Of a stretch of 64,000 bases of DNA, positions 24,870 through 36,296 are shown in pieces; the stretch's first letter is position 1; every line of letters begins with the position of its first letter. The translations under genes and the position numbers were made by a program. The DNA is taken from the NCBI GenBank assembly GCA_030390025.1, contig JASTWF010000187.1:496001-560000 (forward strand), read 5' to 3'. The stretch comes from Squalus acanthias. Its lineage: Eukaryota. The notes below the pieces were generated by a model. The model was not told where the DNA came from. It saw only the letters and a list, made by a program, of their open reading frames with translations, and searched no databases.

Positions 24870-26350
24870 ATTCCCCGCCAGAGAGAGGGGAAAGAGCAAT
24901 TGTTAACCCACCGTACCGCCGACTCTCCCACCAGAGAGAGGATAAGGAGCAAATGATTACCCACTGTACCTCGCAATCCTCCACCAGAGAGAGGGGAAAG
25001 GGCAATTGTTAACCCTCTGTACCCAACAATCTCCCACCAGAGAGAGGGGAAAGGGCAATTGTTAACCCACTGTACCCCACAATCTCCCACCAGAGAGAGG
25101 GGAAAGGGCAATTGTTAACCCACTGTACCCCACAATCTCCCAGCAGAAAGTGGGGAAAGGGCAATTGTTAACCCACTGTACCCCACAATCTCCCACCAGA
25201 GAGAGGGGAAAGGGCAACTGTTAACCCACTGTACCCCACAATCTCCCAGCAGAGAGAGGGGAAAGGGCAATTGTTAACCCACTGTACCCCACAATCACCC
25301 ACCAGAGAGAGAAGAAAGGGCAATTGTTAACCCACTGTACCCCACAATCTCCCACCAGAGAGAGGGGAAAGGGCAACTGTTAACCCACTGTACCCCACAA
25401 TCACCCACCAGAGAGAGAAGAAAGGGCAATTGTTAACCGACTGTACCCCCAGTCCCCCACCAGAGAGAGGGGAAAGGGCAATTGTTAACCGACTGTACCC
25501 CCAGTCCCCCACCAGAGAGAGGGGAAAGGGCAATTGTTAACCCACTGTACCCGCCCTCACCCACCAGAGAGAGGGGAAAGGGCAATTGTTAACCCACTGT
25601 ACCTCCCACTCCCCCACCAGAGAGAGGGGAAAGGGCAATTGTTAACCCACTGTACCTCCCAATCCCCCACCAGAGAGAGGGGAAAGGGCAATTGTTAACT
25701 CACTGTACCCGCACTCCCCACCAGAGAGAGGGGAAAGGGCAATTGTTAACCCACTAGACCCCCACTCCCCCACCAGAGAGAGTGGAAAGGGCAATTGTTA
25801 ACCCACTAGACCCCCACTCCCCCACCAGAGAGAGGGGAAAGGGCAATTGTTAACACCCTGTACCCCCACTCCCCACCAGAGAGAGGGGAAAGGGCAATTG
25901 TTAACCCACTAGACCCCCACTCCCCCACCAGAGAGAGGGGAAAGGGCAATTGTTAACCCACTAGACCCGCACTCCCCCACCAGGGAGAGGGGAAAGGGCA
26001 ATTGTTAACCCACTAGATCCACACTCCCCCACTAGAGAGAGGGGAAAGGGCAATTGTTAACCCACTAGACCCGCACTCCCCCACGAGAGAGAGGAAAGGA
26101 CAATTGTTAACCCACTAGACCCGCACTCCCCCACCAGAGAGAGGAAAGGGCAATTGTTAACCCTCTGTACCCCCACTCCCCCACCAGAGAGAGGGGAAAG
26201 AGCAATTGTTAATCCACTGTACCGCCACTCCATCACCAGTGACCTTGGGGGAAAGGCCAATTATGAACCCACTGTACCCTCCACTCCCCCATTAGAGAGC
26301 TGGGGAAAGGGCAATTGTTAATCCGCTGTACCTCCCATTTCCCCACCCGA
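24870..26350. repeat. 53-bp minisatellite (~28 copies)
   Basis: Unit CCCACTGTACCCCACAATCTCCCACCAGAGAGAGGGGAAAGGGCAATTGTTAA. Confidence 0.95.
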
Positions 26351-27452
26351 GAGAGAGGGGGGGGGGCGAGTAAACCAATCTGTACTATATAAAGTCAGTT
26401 GTTATTAGTAAAAGTCAGCTTCTAACTCACTGTCCGAAAATGTTAAAATTGCCCCATGGAAATCATATTGTAAAATAAATATTTTTTCATCGTATTATCT
26501 TTAAATAGGTTTTGGGGTAAATATGTCCCTTTTATTCGTAAACTAACAGGTTGTATTCTAACAGTCCAGATCTAAACTGGTGATTGAATCCTCTCCTGGT
26601 TTCTCCCGGTTTTGTTTCTGATGGAGCTGAGGCCCATTGGTTGAAATGTTGCATTCCACCCGCTCTGTGCACACTTACACATAAACACACACAGACTTAC
26701 ACACAAACACACATTAACACACTGACACAGAATATTACACATACCCAGATTAAAATACACTCAACACAGAAACATAAACTAAAGCAAAACAAGTGATAGT
26801 CATACATACATAGGCAAACACTAAAGCGCACAGAAACATCAGGCTATAGAAGAATGTAGAGTTAAAGTGCACTTTTTGAACGGGCACAATCTCCAACGAT
26901 TGTACTGAATAAATAATTCCTGATAACATAACATCTCACATTTCTCTATTCCGGTCCTACACATACACTGAATCAAAGTTCCTAGTTGGAAACTGAGACA
27001 ATTTAATTATGTTCAGAGCATTGCCATAACTAATAAAAATAAATAAGCTTATAGCTCACATCTGATCTCTTACCCTGTCACCTTGACACTCTCCAAATAA
27101 GTAGCTATCTAAACCTATCGTTAAAATAATCGATATCAATCAGTAAACCTGCCTCGATATTTCATCATATTAGTCCCGAACGATAGATCGTAAGAAATTG
27201 ATGGAAAATCACGTTTAATAATATCACGTTTTCCAACACGGACTACATGAGGATCGTAAAGGAAGAGCGACTGTGGAGTTAGGAACAGAGATAGATGCTG
27301 AGAGTTATTCACTTCACACAAGATATATATTGAAAATAAAATTAGAGAAAAAACTAAGACCTTAAGGAAAGGAAAAGAGAATACATAATAATAAAATGAT
27401 ATCCTGGATTAATAGACGATCTGAATATATTTCCTCCTCTACATCCCCGTAG

Positions 27453-27580
27453 ATTCCTCAGAACACATCTGGATTGAAGACTTTGAGGACGAGAGCGAAA
27501 ACATCAGGACAACCGCTTCCACATTCATCATCCTGTTCTTCCTCAGCATGTCCTACAGCGCTGCCGTCACTCTGGTGAAG
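27453..27580 (+). CDS. IGHM: IgM TM1 exon
   Basis: (D)SSEHIWIEDFEDESENIRTTASTFIILFFLSMSYSAAVTLVK, donor AAG|GTGAGA. Acidic spacer plus the CART motif (TF..LF..S..YS..VT). Confidence 0.95.
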
Positions 27581-27720
27581 GTGAGAAGATTCAATCCACT
27601 CACACTTCGACCTGACTGAAGCGGTTTGACAAATCTCTAAAAGTTTCATTGATAAAAACCCTGAGCTAAATGTCCCAGACCACTAAAACTCTGCTACATT
27701 CTTTTATCCCTCTTTCACAG

Positions 27721-27774
27721 GCCAGGAGATGGTTGAATTTTGGACGCCGTGGATTTTCCTCATCTTTTTATTAA
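27721..27774 (+). CDS. IGHM: Probable TM2 exon, reading ARRWLNFGRRGFSSSFY*
   Basis: Strong polypyrimidine acceptor ...CTCTTTCACAG| 140 bp after TM1. First in-frame stop is TAA at 27772-27774. Confidence 0.65.
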   Translation, partial: ARRWLNFGRRGFSSSFY

Positions 27775-28549
27775 CGTCGCTGTGTTCTGAATATAAAATA
27801 TGTCCTCTTGGTGAATCTCAACGTAAAATGCCCCCAGTTAAAAGATCCGAATCTATAGCTGAGAAAAATACAAACGGGATTTCCGTCTTTCTGTTTGAAA
27901 TGTGTGAGTTAATCGTGGCTATAATGTAAATGTATCTTAGAGTTGTTTGAATATTTCACGTGTAAATAAGTCACTTTTCTCATTCCTAATTCACAATTGT
28001 TCCCTACCCTTTATGCGGAGCCCCTGTTTTCTCTCTCTGGTGTCTGTTGCAGATGTACAGATAGCTGGCAGCTCAGACCGACTGTGTTCAGTTCTCAATG
28101 TGACGCTCAGTTATTATATTCACTTTGTGTTACCTTTTCAAACCGTTCTCTGTAAATCCTACTCTGTGAAATTGTTCATAAATCTGGAATGACAAATTGA
28201 CTAACTTAGACTTTGCTGATTTCCTTTCTCCGAGGTCCTCCACACCACTCTATTTTCCCTCTCGCACTTTCTTTATTTCCCCGACAGGTATCTTTCATCC
28301 GTCCTGTCTGGGTTGTCATTGAACTCAAGTCTCTTCGGTTAAGGAGCCGCTGCGTCACCCAGTGTCCCATCAGAGAAAATACACCTTTACCCAGACATTT
28401 TTATGTCAAGCCCGAAAGGTGCAATGACTGCACAGTGACCAAGTAGTCTCCTCTAATATTATGATCTGTAGAGTCACATGTCAGGTTCTATTAACGAGCA
28501 GGTCGCTGCTCCATCACAGCCTGATACAGTGCAGTACATGGCACAGTAA

Positions 28550-30140
28550 ATCTCCCACTAAACGCCCCATCAAACACTCCCAGGGCAGGTAGAGCACGGG
28601 TCAGATACAGAGTAAAGCTCGTCAACACTGGCCCATCAAACACTCCCAGGGCAGGTACAGCACGGTTAGATACAGAGTAAAGCTCCCTCTAGACTGTCCC
28701 ATCACACATTCCCAGGGCAGGTCCAGCACGGTTAGATACGGAGTAAAGCTCCCTCTACACTGTCCCATCTCACATTTCCAGGGCAGGTGCAGCACGGGTT
28801 AGATACAGAGTAAATCTCCCTCTACACTGTCCCATCAAACACTCCCAGGGCAGGTACAGCACGGTTAGATACAGAGTAAAGCTCCCTCTACACTGTCCCA
28901 TCTCACATTTCCAGGGCAGGTACAGCAAGGGTTAGATACAGAGTAAATCTCCCTCTACACTGTACCATCAAACACTCCCAGGGCAAGTACAGCACGGTTT
29001 AGATATAAAGTAAATCTCCCTCTACACTGCCCATCAAACACTCCCAGGGCAGGTGCAGCACGGGTCAGATACAGAGTAAAGCTCCCTCTACACTGTCCAA
29101 TCAAACACTCCCAGGGCAGGTACAGCACGGGTTAGATACAGAGTAAAGCTCCATCTACACTGTCCCATCAAACACTCACAGGGCAGGTACAGCACGGGTT
29201 AGATAAAGAGTAAAGTTCCCTCTACACTGTCCCATCAAACACTCCCAGGGCAGGTACAGCATGGGTTAGATACAGAGTAAAGCTCCCTCTACACCGTCCA
29301 ATCAAACACTCCCAGGGCAGGAACAGCACGGGTTAGATACAGAATAAAGTTCCCTCTACACTGTCCCATCAAACACTCCCAGGGCAGGTACAGCAAGGTT
29401 AGATACAGAGTAAAGCTCCCTCTACACTGTCCCATCTCACATTTCCAGGGCAGGTACAGCAAGGGTTAGATACAGAGCAAATCTCCCTCTACACTGTACC
29501 ATCAAACACTCCCAGGGCAAGTACAGCACGGTTTAGATATAAAGTAAATCTCCCTCTACACTGCCCATCAAACACTCCCAGGGCAGGTGCAGCACGGGTC
29601 AGATACAGAGTAAAGCTCCCTCTACACTGTCCAATCAAACACTCCCAGGGCAGGTACAGCACGGGTTAGATACAGAGTAAAGCTCCATCTACACTGTCCC
29701 ATCAAACACTCACAGGGCAGGTACAGCATGGGTTAGATACAGAGTAAAGCTCCCTCTACACCGTGCAATCAAACACTCCCAGGGCAGGTACAGCACGGGT
29801 TAGATACAGAGTAAAGTTCCCTCTACACTGTCCCATCAAACACTCCCAGGGCAGATACAGCACGGTATAGATACAGAGTAAAACTCCCTCTACAGTGTCC
29901 CATCAAACACTCCCAGGGCAGGTACAGCATGGGTTAGATACAGAGTAAAGCTCCCTCTACACTGTCCCATCAAACACTCCCAGGGCAGGTACAGCACTGG
30001 TTAAATACAGAGTAAAGTTCACTCTACACTGTCCCCATCAAACACTTCCAGGGCAGGTACAGCACGGGTTAGATACAGAGTAAAGCTCCCTCTACACTTT
30101 CCCATCAAACAGTCCCAGGCCAGGTATAGTACGGTTCGAT
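28550..30140 (-). repeat. 67-bp minisatellite (~24 copies), reverse orientation of the 13.8-kb array
   Basis: Unit ...CCCATCAAACACTCCCAGGGCAGGTACAGCACGGGTTAGATACAGAGTAAAGCTCCCTCTACACTGT. Confidence 0.95.
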
Positions 30141-30614
30141 ATCTGACACAGACACGCCTGGGAGCTCAACACCTGGGAGTGATTCTCAGAGCCTTGTGCC
30201 AATCAGACACACAAGCACTACCTCGACCGTTTTCTGTTATACACATAGACTCTCCATTTTTCAGTAGTACACACAAAGTGTCTCCCGCTTTTAGACCGTA
30301 TTTGAGACAGATGAGAGGAGGGATCACATCGTGTCCGCGGGTATTTTTGTGTCTTCTGGGCAAATGGGATATAGGTTGTGTGATAGACGGGCAAAATGCT
30401 ATTCTGTTTCAATATAATTTTAGTTTTGTTCAGGCCACATTTGCGAGTGGAACCCTCCTCACGGGCCGGGCTCTATAGAATGTATTTTTTATTGGAATAA
30501 CCTCTTTAAAGGAGTCGCGAGTCCAAATGTTTTACAAAGACCACGGAGAAGAGTAATCACTTCCAAAACTTCTCCAATCTCAGCAACACCCATTAACCCT
30601 GACCCTCTGTCTCC

Positions 30615-31765
30615 TGATTCCTGATTACCTTTCTCCCTTATCTCCTCCATTCCCTCTGACACCATCTACCTGATCTCATTGAACCTCACCCCAGGGATCC
30701 TTTCTCCCTGCTCTCCTCCAGTCCTTCTGATACCATCTACCTGATCTCATTGAACATCACCCCAGGGATTCTTTCTCCCTGCTCTCCTCCATTACCTCTG
30801 ATACCATCTACCTGAACTCATTGATCATCACCCCAGGGATTCTTCCTCCCTGCTCTCCTCCAGTCCCTCTGATACCATCTACCGGAACTCATTGATCATC
30901 ACTCCAGGGATCCTTTCTCCCTGCTCACCTCCATTCCCACTTGTACCATCTCCCTCACCTCATTGAATATCACCCCAGAAATCCTTTCTCCCTGCTCTGT
31001 ACCATGCCCCCTGATATCATCTCCCTGAATTCACTGATCATCTCCCCAGGGATACTTTCTCTCGGCTCTCCTCCATTCCCACTGACACCATCTACCAGAA
31101 CTCACTGATCATCACCCCAGGGATCCTTTCTCCCTGATCTCCTCCATTCCCTCTGATACCAAATACCTGAACTCACGGATCATCACCCCAGGAATCCTTT
31201 CTCCCTGCTCACCTCCTTTCCCTCTGATACCATCTACCTGAACTCACTGAACGTCACCCAAGGGTTCCTTTCTCCCTGCTCTCCTCCATTCCCTCTCATA
31301 CCATCTACCTGAACTCATTGATCATCACCCCAGGGATCCTTTCTCCCTGCTCTCCTCCATTCCCACTTGTACCATCTCCCTCAACTCACTGAATATCACC
31401 CCATGGATCCTTTATCCCTGCTCTGTACCATGCCCCCTGATACCATCTCCCTGAACTCACTGGTCATCACCCCAGGGATCCTTTCTCCCTGATCTCCTCT
31501 ATTCCCTCTGATACCATCTACCTGAACTCACTGAACATCACCCCAGGGATCCTTTCTCCCTGCTCTCCTCCATTCCCTCTCATACCATCTACCTGAACTC
31601 ATTGATCATCACCCCAGGGATCCTTTCTCCCTGCTCTCCTCCATTCCGTCTGATACCATCTACCTGAACTCAGTTAACATCACCCCAGAGATCCTTTCCC
31701 TCTGCTTTCCTCCATTCCCACTGACACTATCGACCTGAACTAACTGAACATCACCCCAGGGATCC
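30615..31765. repeat. 71-bp pyrimidine-rich minisatellite (~16 copies)
   Basis: Unit ATCACCCCAGGGATCCTTTCTCCCTGCTCTCCTCCATTCCCTCTGATACCATCTACCTGAACTCATTGATC. Confidence 0.92.
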
Positions 31766-34039
31766 ATTCTGACTTTCGCTCCCTTTTCCCCTGAAGTGTG
31801 AAACCTTGCCCCTCGCTGTCTCATCTTTGTTTCGGAGCCTCCCGACCACGGGAAGATCTCCAGAGATTTCTGGTTAGACCCGAGAATCTTCCGCCAGTTT
31901 CCTTCTGATGTGGCGATGCTTTTCCTCTAAACTCATGGGGCCCAGGCGTGAGGTCTCCTGTAGTAGAAAAGCACAACGAGCTGCGGGAGGGAAAATCAAC
32001 GGATATACTGAAGGGGCTTGGAAGTAAGTTTGGGAATGGATGGATTTTGTGATTAAACTCTGTCTCTGCCCAAACTAACTCCCGCCCCTCTAAGCTACGA
32101 TTACCCTTAGCCATCGCTGTTTCTCCCCGTCTCTCTGTTCTGTCTGCAGGCTCGGCTTTTCTCAGGAGGTGCAGGGCATTTTTAAGAGGCTGCACAAACT
32201 GGGGCTCTTTATCGCTGGACGAAGGCTGGAGACGGCCCGTGACACCCTGACCCTGAATCAGTCGGAGAATCTGCCAATCAGGGTACTCCGACGGACTGAA
32301 ACGATTGTGGCGTCATGCACTGCAGGGCAAACCAGCGGCTATGTTTGTCTTTCGTTACCTTGATGATCTTTGTGTGACGTGCTGTCGGCCATGATTGCCT
32401 GACGTTACCGGCCAGGTTTGTGTAACGTGCTGTCGGCCATGTTTTTGTGACGTAACACGCTGCGCATATCTGCCGTTAATTTAATTAAAATAGCTCGATT
32501 AAAAGGAGAATAACTTCAATTTCCTTCAAATTAAAGCAGTTCGATCTTGATCGATATAAGTAAAAGTTTGGCAGGTGAGAGAATGAAAGAGCAGTCGTTA
32601 ATGCGGTTGGTGAGGTACGCACGTGCGAACAGTTCTCCCAGAATGCAACGCGGCCCGTGTCACAATGAGGCGTTTCACTGCCGCTGTGAATTGTGGGAGC
32701 CGCAGCCCTCCAGGGCCGAGTCATTAACTGAGTGAATCCAAACCCAACCTCCTTCAGCTGGGAGCTGCCCGGGTTGTTGATCCCAACCGACTGCGTGTTT
32801 CCTATTGAGCCGAGGGAATCTCTGAGCAGATTAAACGTCTAATGCAGGAATTACATTAAAACATAGCTAAGTGGCCTACTCCTGTTCCTATGTTCCTGTA
32901 AATTAAAGGAGGTGTCGACCGCTCAGCAACTCAATCGGTGAATGACGGATTCAACCGAAGAAAAGGAAAGAAGAAACTTTACTGGTCCTTGTGGAAACAG
33001 GCGGACAATCAATTTAAGCCTTAGGGTGAAATATCAAACGGCAAAAGATACAATTTTACGCTAGGAATGCATTTTCACACTTCTCACCAGATCATCTTAA
33101 ACCTGACTTTTAATTTGCAGAAGTGACCTAGGGACCATCGAGTGAGACGGAGACAGGCTGGAGAAGCTATTCCTCTGAGGACAGGTGAACTCACCAATTT
33201 AACTCGAGTGAATTCTGCGAGGACAAAACGATTTTAAATCACTTAGTTGCTGGTGGGTGACCTTATTTCCAGTAACGTTAGTTCAGTGGTAAATGGCCGA
33301 CTCTGTGTGTGAACTCCTGTATAACACGTGCCGAGATCGGCGGCCGGGTGATTCCATGGGATTTGCTGCCATCGAGTGGAAATAATTAGACTTACTCCCC
33401 GGAATTTTGCCTTCAATTCGGTGAAGATAATTCAATGTTACCCTTGTCAGACATTCAGAAGGAGATTTTGCCAAAACGGTTGTGACAATTAAATAGTTTT
33501 ATTAAGTACAAGACAAAGCACAGTTAATAAGTCAGATTACTAACAATCTTATCAGCTAAGGCCACAGATACAATAGAAGTGATATTACCCGTTCCTAATG
33601 TGAGCAGCGTCGACATCTTGCTCCTTGACTGCCTCAAGCTCGTATCTTTCAGGTTTTTTGATCTTGTTTGTGCTGTGCCTGTTCTAATCTTAGCAACGTC
33701 TTGTTAACGTGATGGAAACATGTCAACACCTTCTGCTCATTTTTAATTAATACATAACACGCTAACCCATTAAATCATCATGTAAATTATATCATTATCT
33801 TTAGTGTTTCTGCGCGACGTTATCTAGTCTTTGTGCATTGTTCTTTACACGGTTTGCACCTCACCATCTCAACTTTTCTGATACAGTCTCTATTAGGCTT
33901 GTTTTCAGTCGGTCTTCTGACTATCTGGCCGGTGCCCAGAGCACACAATGTCTGTCCTTGCAGATTATTAGTCCATTAATGTTTGTTCATCGGCTTCTAA
34001 TCTTGTCCTCAATGTGACCTCCCGGACCGGCTTAAAATA

Positions 34040-34636
34040 CAGATTACATAGTATTACACAGGATATACGGCACCGAAGCAGGCCATTCGGCCCAACCAGT
34101 CCATGCCGGCGTTTATGCTCCACTCGAGCCTCCTCTCATCTTTCCTCATCTAACTCTATCAGCATAACCCTCTATTCCCTTCCCCCTCATATGCTTGTCT
34201 AGCCTCCCCTTAAATGTATCTATACTATTCGCTTCAACCACTCCCTGTGGTATCGAGTTCCACATTCTCACCACTCTCTGGGTAAAGAAGTTTCTCCTGA
34301 ATTCCCTATTGGATTTCTTGGTGACTATCTTATATTGATGGCCTCTAGTTATGCTCTTCCCCACAAGTGGAAACACTCCCTCTGTATCTACTCCATCAAA
34401 ACAATTCATAATTTTAAAGACCTCTATTAGGTCACCCCTCAGCCTTCTTTTTTCAAGAGAAAAGTGACAAAACCTGTTCATCCTTCCCTGACAGGTATAC
34501 CCTCACATTTCTGGTATCATCCTTGTAAATCTTCTCTGCACCCTCTCCAGTGCCTCAATAAATTTTTTATAATATGACGAACAGACCTGTACAAAGTGCT
34601 CCAAGTGTGGTCTAACCAAGGTCCGATGCAAATTTA
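34040..34636 (-). mobile_element. CR1 LINE 3' fragment
   Basis: LVRPHLE..VQ / RRLRGDLIEVFKI...RNFFTQRVVRMWNS. Confidence 0.9.
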
Positions 34637-34637
34637 G

Positions 34638-35841
34638 CACCCGAAAATTAGACCTAATACGCGAGAGTACGCACTGTGCACTCTCGCGTATTAGGTCTCG
34701 AATTGCCGGTTTCCTGCATGCACTGCGCATGCGCGGGAAACCGGCACTTCGTGTGGCTTCACCTGAAGGTATCTCCGTGGAATCGCGTGCGCAGGAGATT
34801 CTGCGCGTGCGTCAAGAACTTGGATATTTTACTGAATGGTGGTAGTGTGTGTAAGCTCCTAGCAATTACACATGTAAAAAGCAGGAGTAAGCCATTTTCG
34901 ATGGCTCCGGAGACAGCAGGAGGAATAAATCTTTTAGCAGTGGGATTACTTAAGTGAGCTTTTGTAAATCGGAAAGCCAGCAAAGTCTTAGGTAAGTTTG
35001 CAATTTAAAAAAAAGTTTAAAAACGGGTTTTGACCATTTGGAGTAGTATAGCAACTGTGGGTGTGTACAAGGCATATTGATTAAGGTTTCTATCATAAAT
35101 GTGAAAATGAATGTTTAAAAATGAACTATTTACATTTCAAAAAGTTTTAAAGATGAAAATGATCATCAATTATATTCCTCTAAGTAAGTATGTATGTATG
35201 TATGTATGTATGTATGTATGAAAATGTTACAGTTCTGGAAAATCATCTAGGGCCATGAGGCGGGTAGACGTGTTCCCAATCCGATAGTGCACGTTTCCCA
35301 CCATAGCCAGACCTGATTTTACAGCCACTCACTTTACTAAAGTTACTTTAACAACTATTCCCATTTTTTCATTACAACTTTCTGTTTAAAGAGGAAGCCT
35401 GTGAGGGAGAAAGATGCCCTTTCACAATCAATTCCTGTTCCTCTGTGGGATTTTGTATCAGAGAATTTTAGACGCCAGGCGACAAAACAGACGGAGGAAC
35501 CAAGCCCGTTTCCTCGTGAGAAGGAGAAACTACTACCCACCAAATAGAGTGTACAGGGAGAGGCTGTCATTTGAGATGCTGTCGGAGGAGTTGTGTGTGA
35601 GGAGGCTGCGCTTCAGTAAAGAGTCAATGGCCGAATCTGTGACATGTTAAAGGATCACCTTCAAACACGCTCGAAGAGCCGCACTGCATTATCAGTGAGC
35701 ATGAAGGTAACCACAGCACTGAACTTCTTTGCAAGTGGGACTTTTCAGGCAAGCACCGGTGACATTTTCAACATATCCAAGAATGCTGCGAGGGCCAGCA
35801 TTCACCAGGTCACAGAAGCCATTTTCCGTAGGGCTTCAGAG
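34638..35841 (+). mobile_element. 5' part of a PIF/Harbinger DNA transposon with the transposase (HARBI1-like) N-terminus from ATG 35414
   Basis: The left end shares the subterminal hairpins of the MITE family. Protein reads RVYRERLSF...CVRRLRFSKE / ALSVSMKVTTALNFFASGTFQASTGDIFNISK...IHQVTEAIF. Candidate 5'UTR intron GT 34992 to AG 35391. Confidence 0.85.
35188..35220. repeat. (TATG)n microsatellite
   Basis: About 8 perfect units. Confidence 0.9.
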
Positions 35842-35844
35842 ATC

Positions 35845-36296
35845 GTATTTGAATGGATTCACCACATTTTAACTCCGTGTCTCCCATTCATTCTGATTTT
35901 GCTGTTCAATGCTCTGACCGTCAGACACATTCTAGCGGCCAGCAGAGCCCGCAGGAGACTCCGGGCCCACAGCAATGGGGAGAATCAGAGTGACCCAGAG
36001 ATGGAGAGCCGGAGAAAGTCCATCGTCTTACTCTTCTGTGTCTCGGGCAATTTCATCCTGTTACATGTGTTATTACTGAGAACTTTCCTCGCTGTCCAGA
36101 TTGCGAAAGTTACTTATTTCACATGTTCGATTTCAATGAATCAAATTTTATTCTGGAGGAAAGCGGATATATGCTTCAGTTTTTGAGTTCCTGCATCAAC
36201 CCGTTTATTTATGCAGGGACCCAGAGTAAATTCAGAGAGGAGTTAAATAATGGGGTGAAATATCCACTGAGTCTCATTGTTAAATTATTGAAATGA
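35845..36296 (+). pseudogene. 3' half (TM5-TM7) of a GPR139-like receptor, paralog of the gene at 54730-59834
   Basis: FEWIHHILTPCLPFILILLFNALTVRHILAASRARRRLR...ESRRKSIVLLF, one -1 shift near 36128, then ...SSCINPFIYAGTQSKFREEL...K*. Confidence 0.9.

Larger units (their letters stand above)
8829..27774 (+). pseudogene. IGHM: IgM heavy-chain cluster with germline-joined VDJ (L-VDJ-CH1-CH2-CH3-CH4/sec-TM1-TM2), inactivated as assembled
   Basis: All exons are in order with GT-AG phase-1 junctions. Lesions are TAG at 9128-9130, a 317-nt CH2 exon and a frameshifted tailpiece. Confidence 0.93.

Noticed and set aside
8829-27774. IgW or IgNAR assignment
   Set aside because: A conventional VH with FR2/CDR2, four C domains, a tailpiece and a TM exon all match shark IgM.
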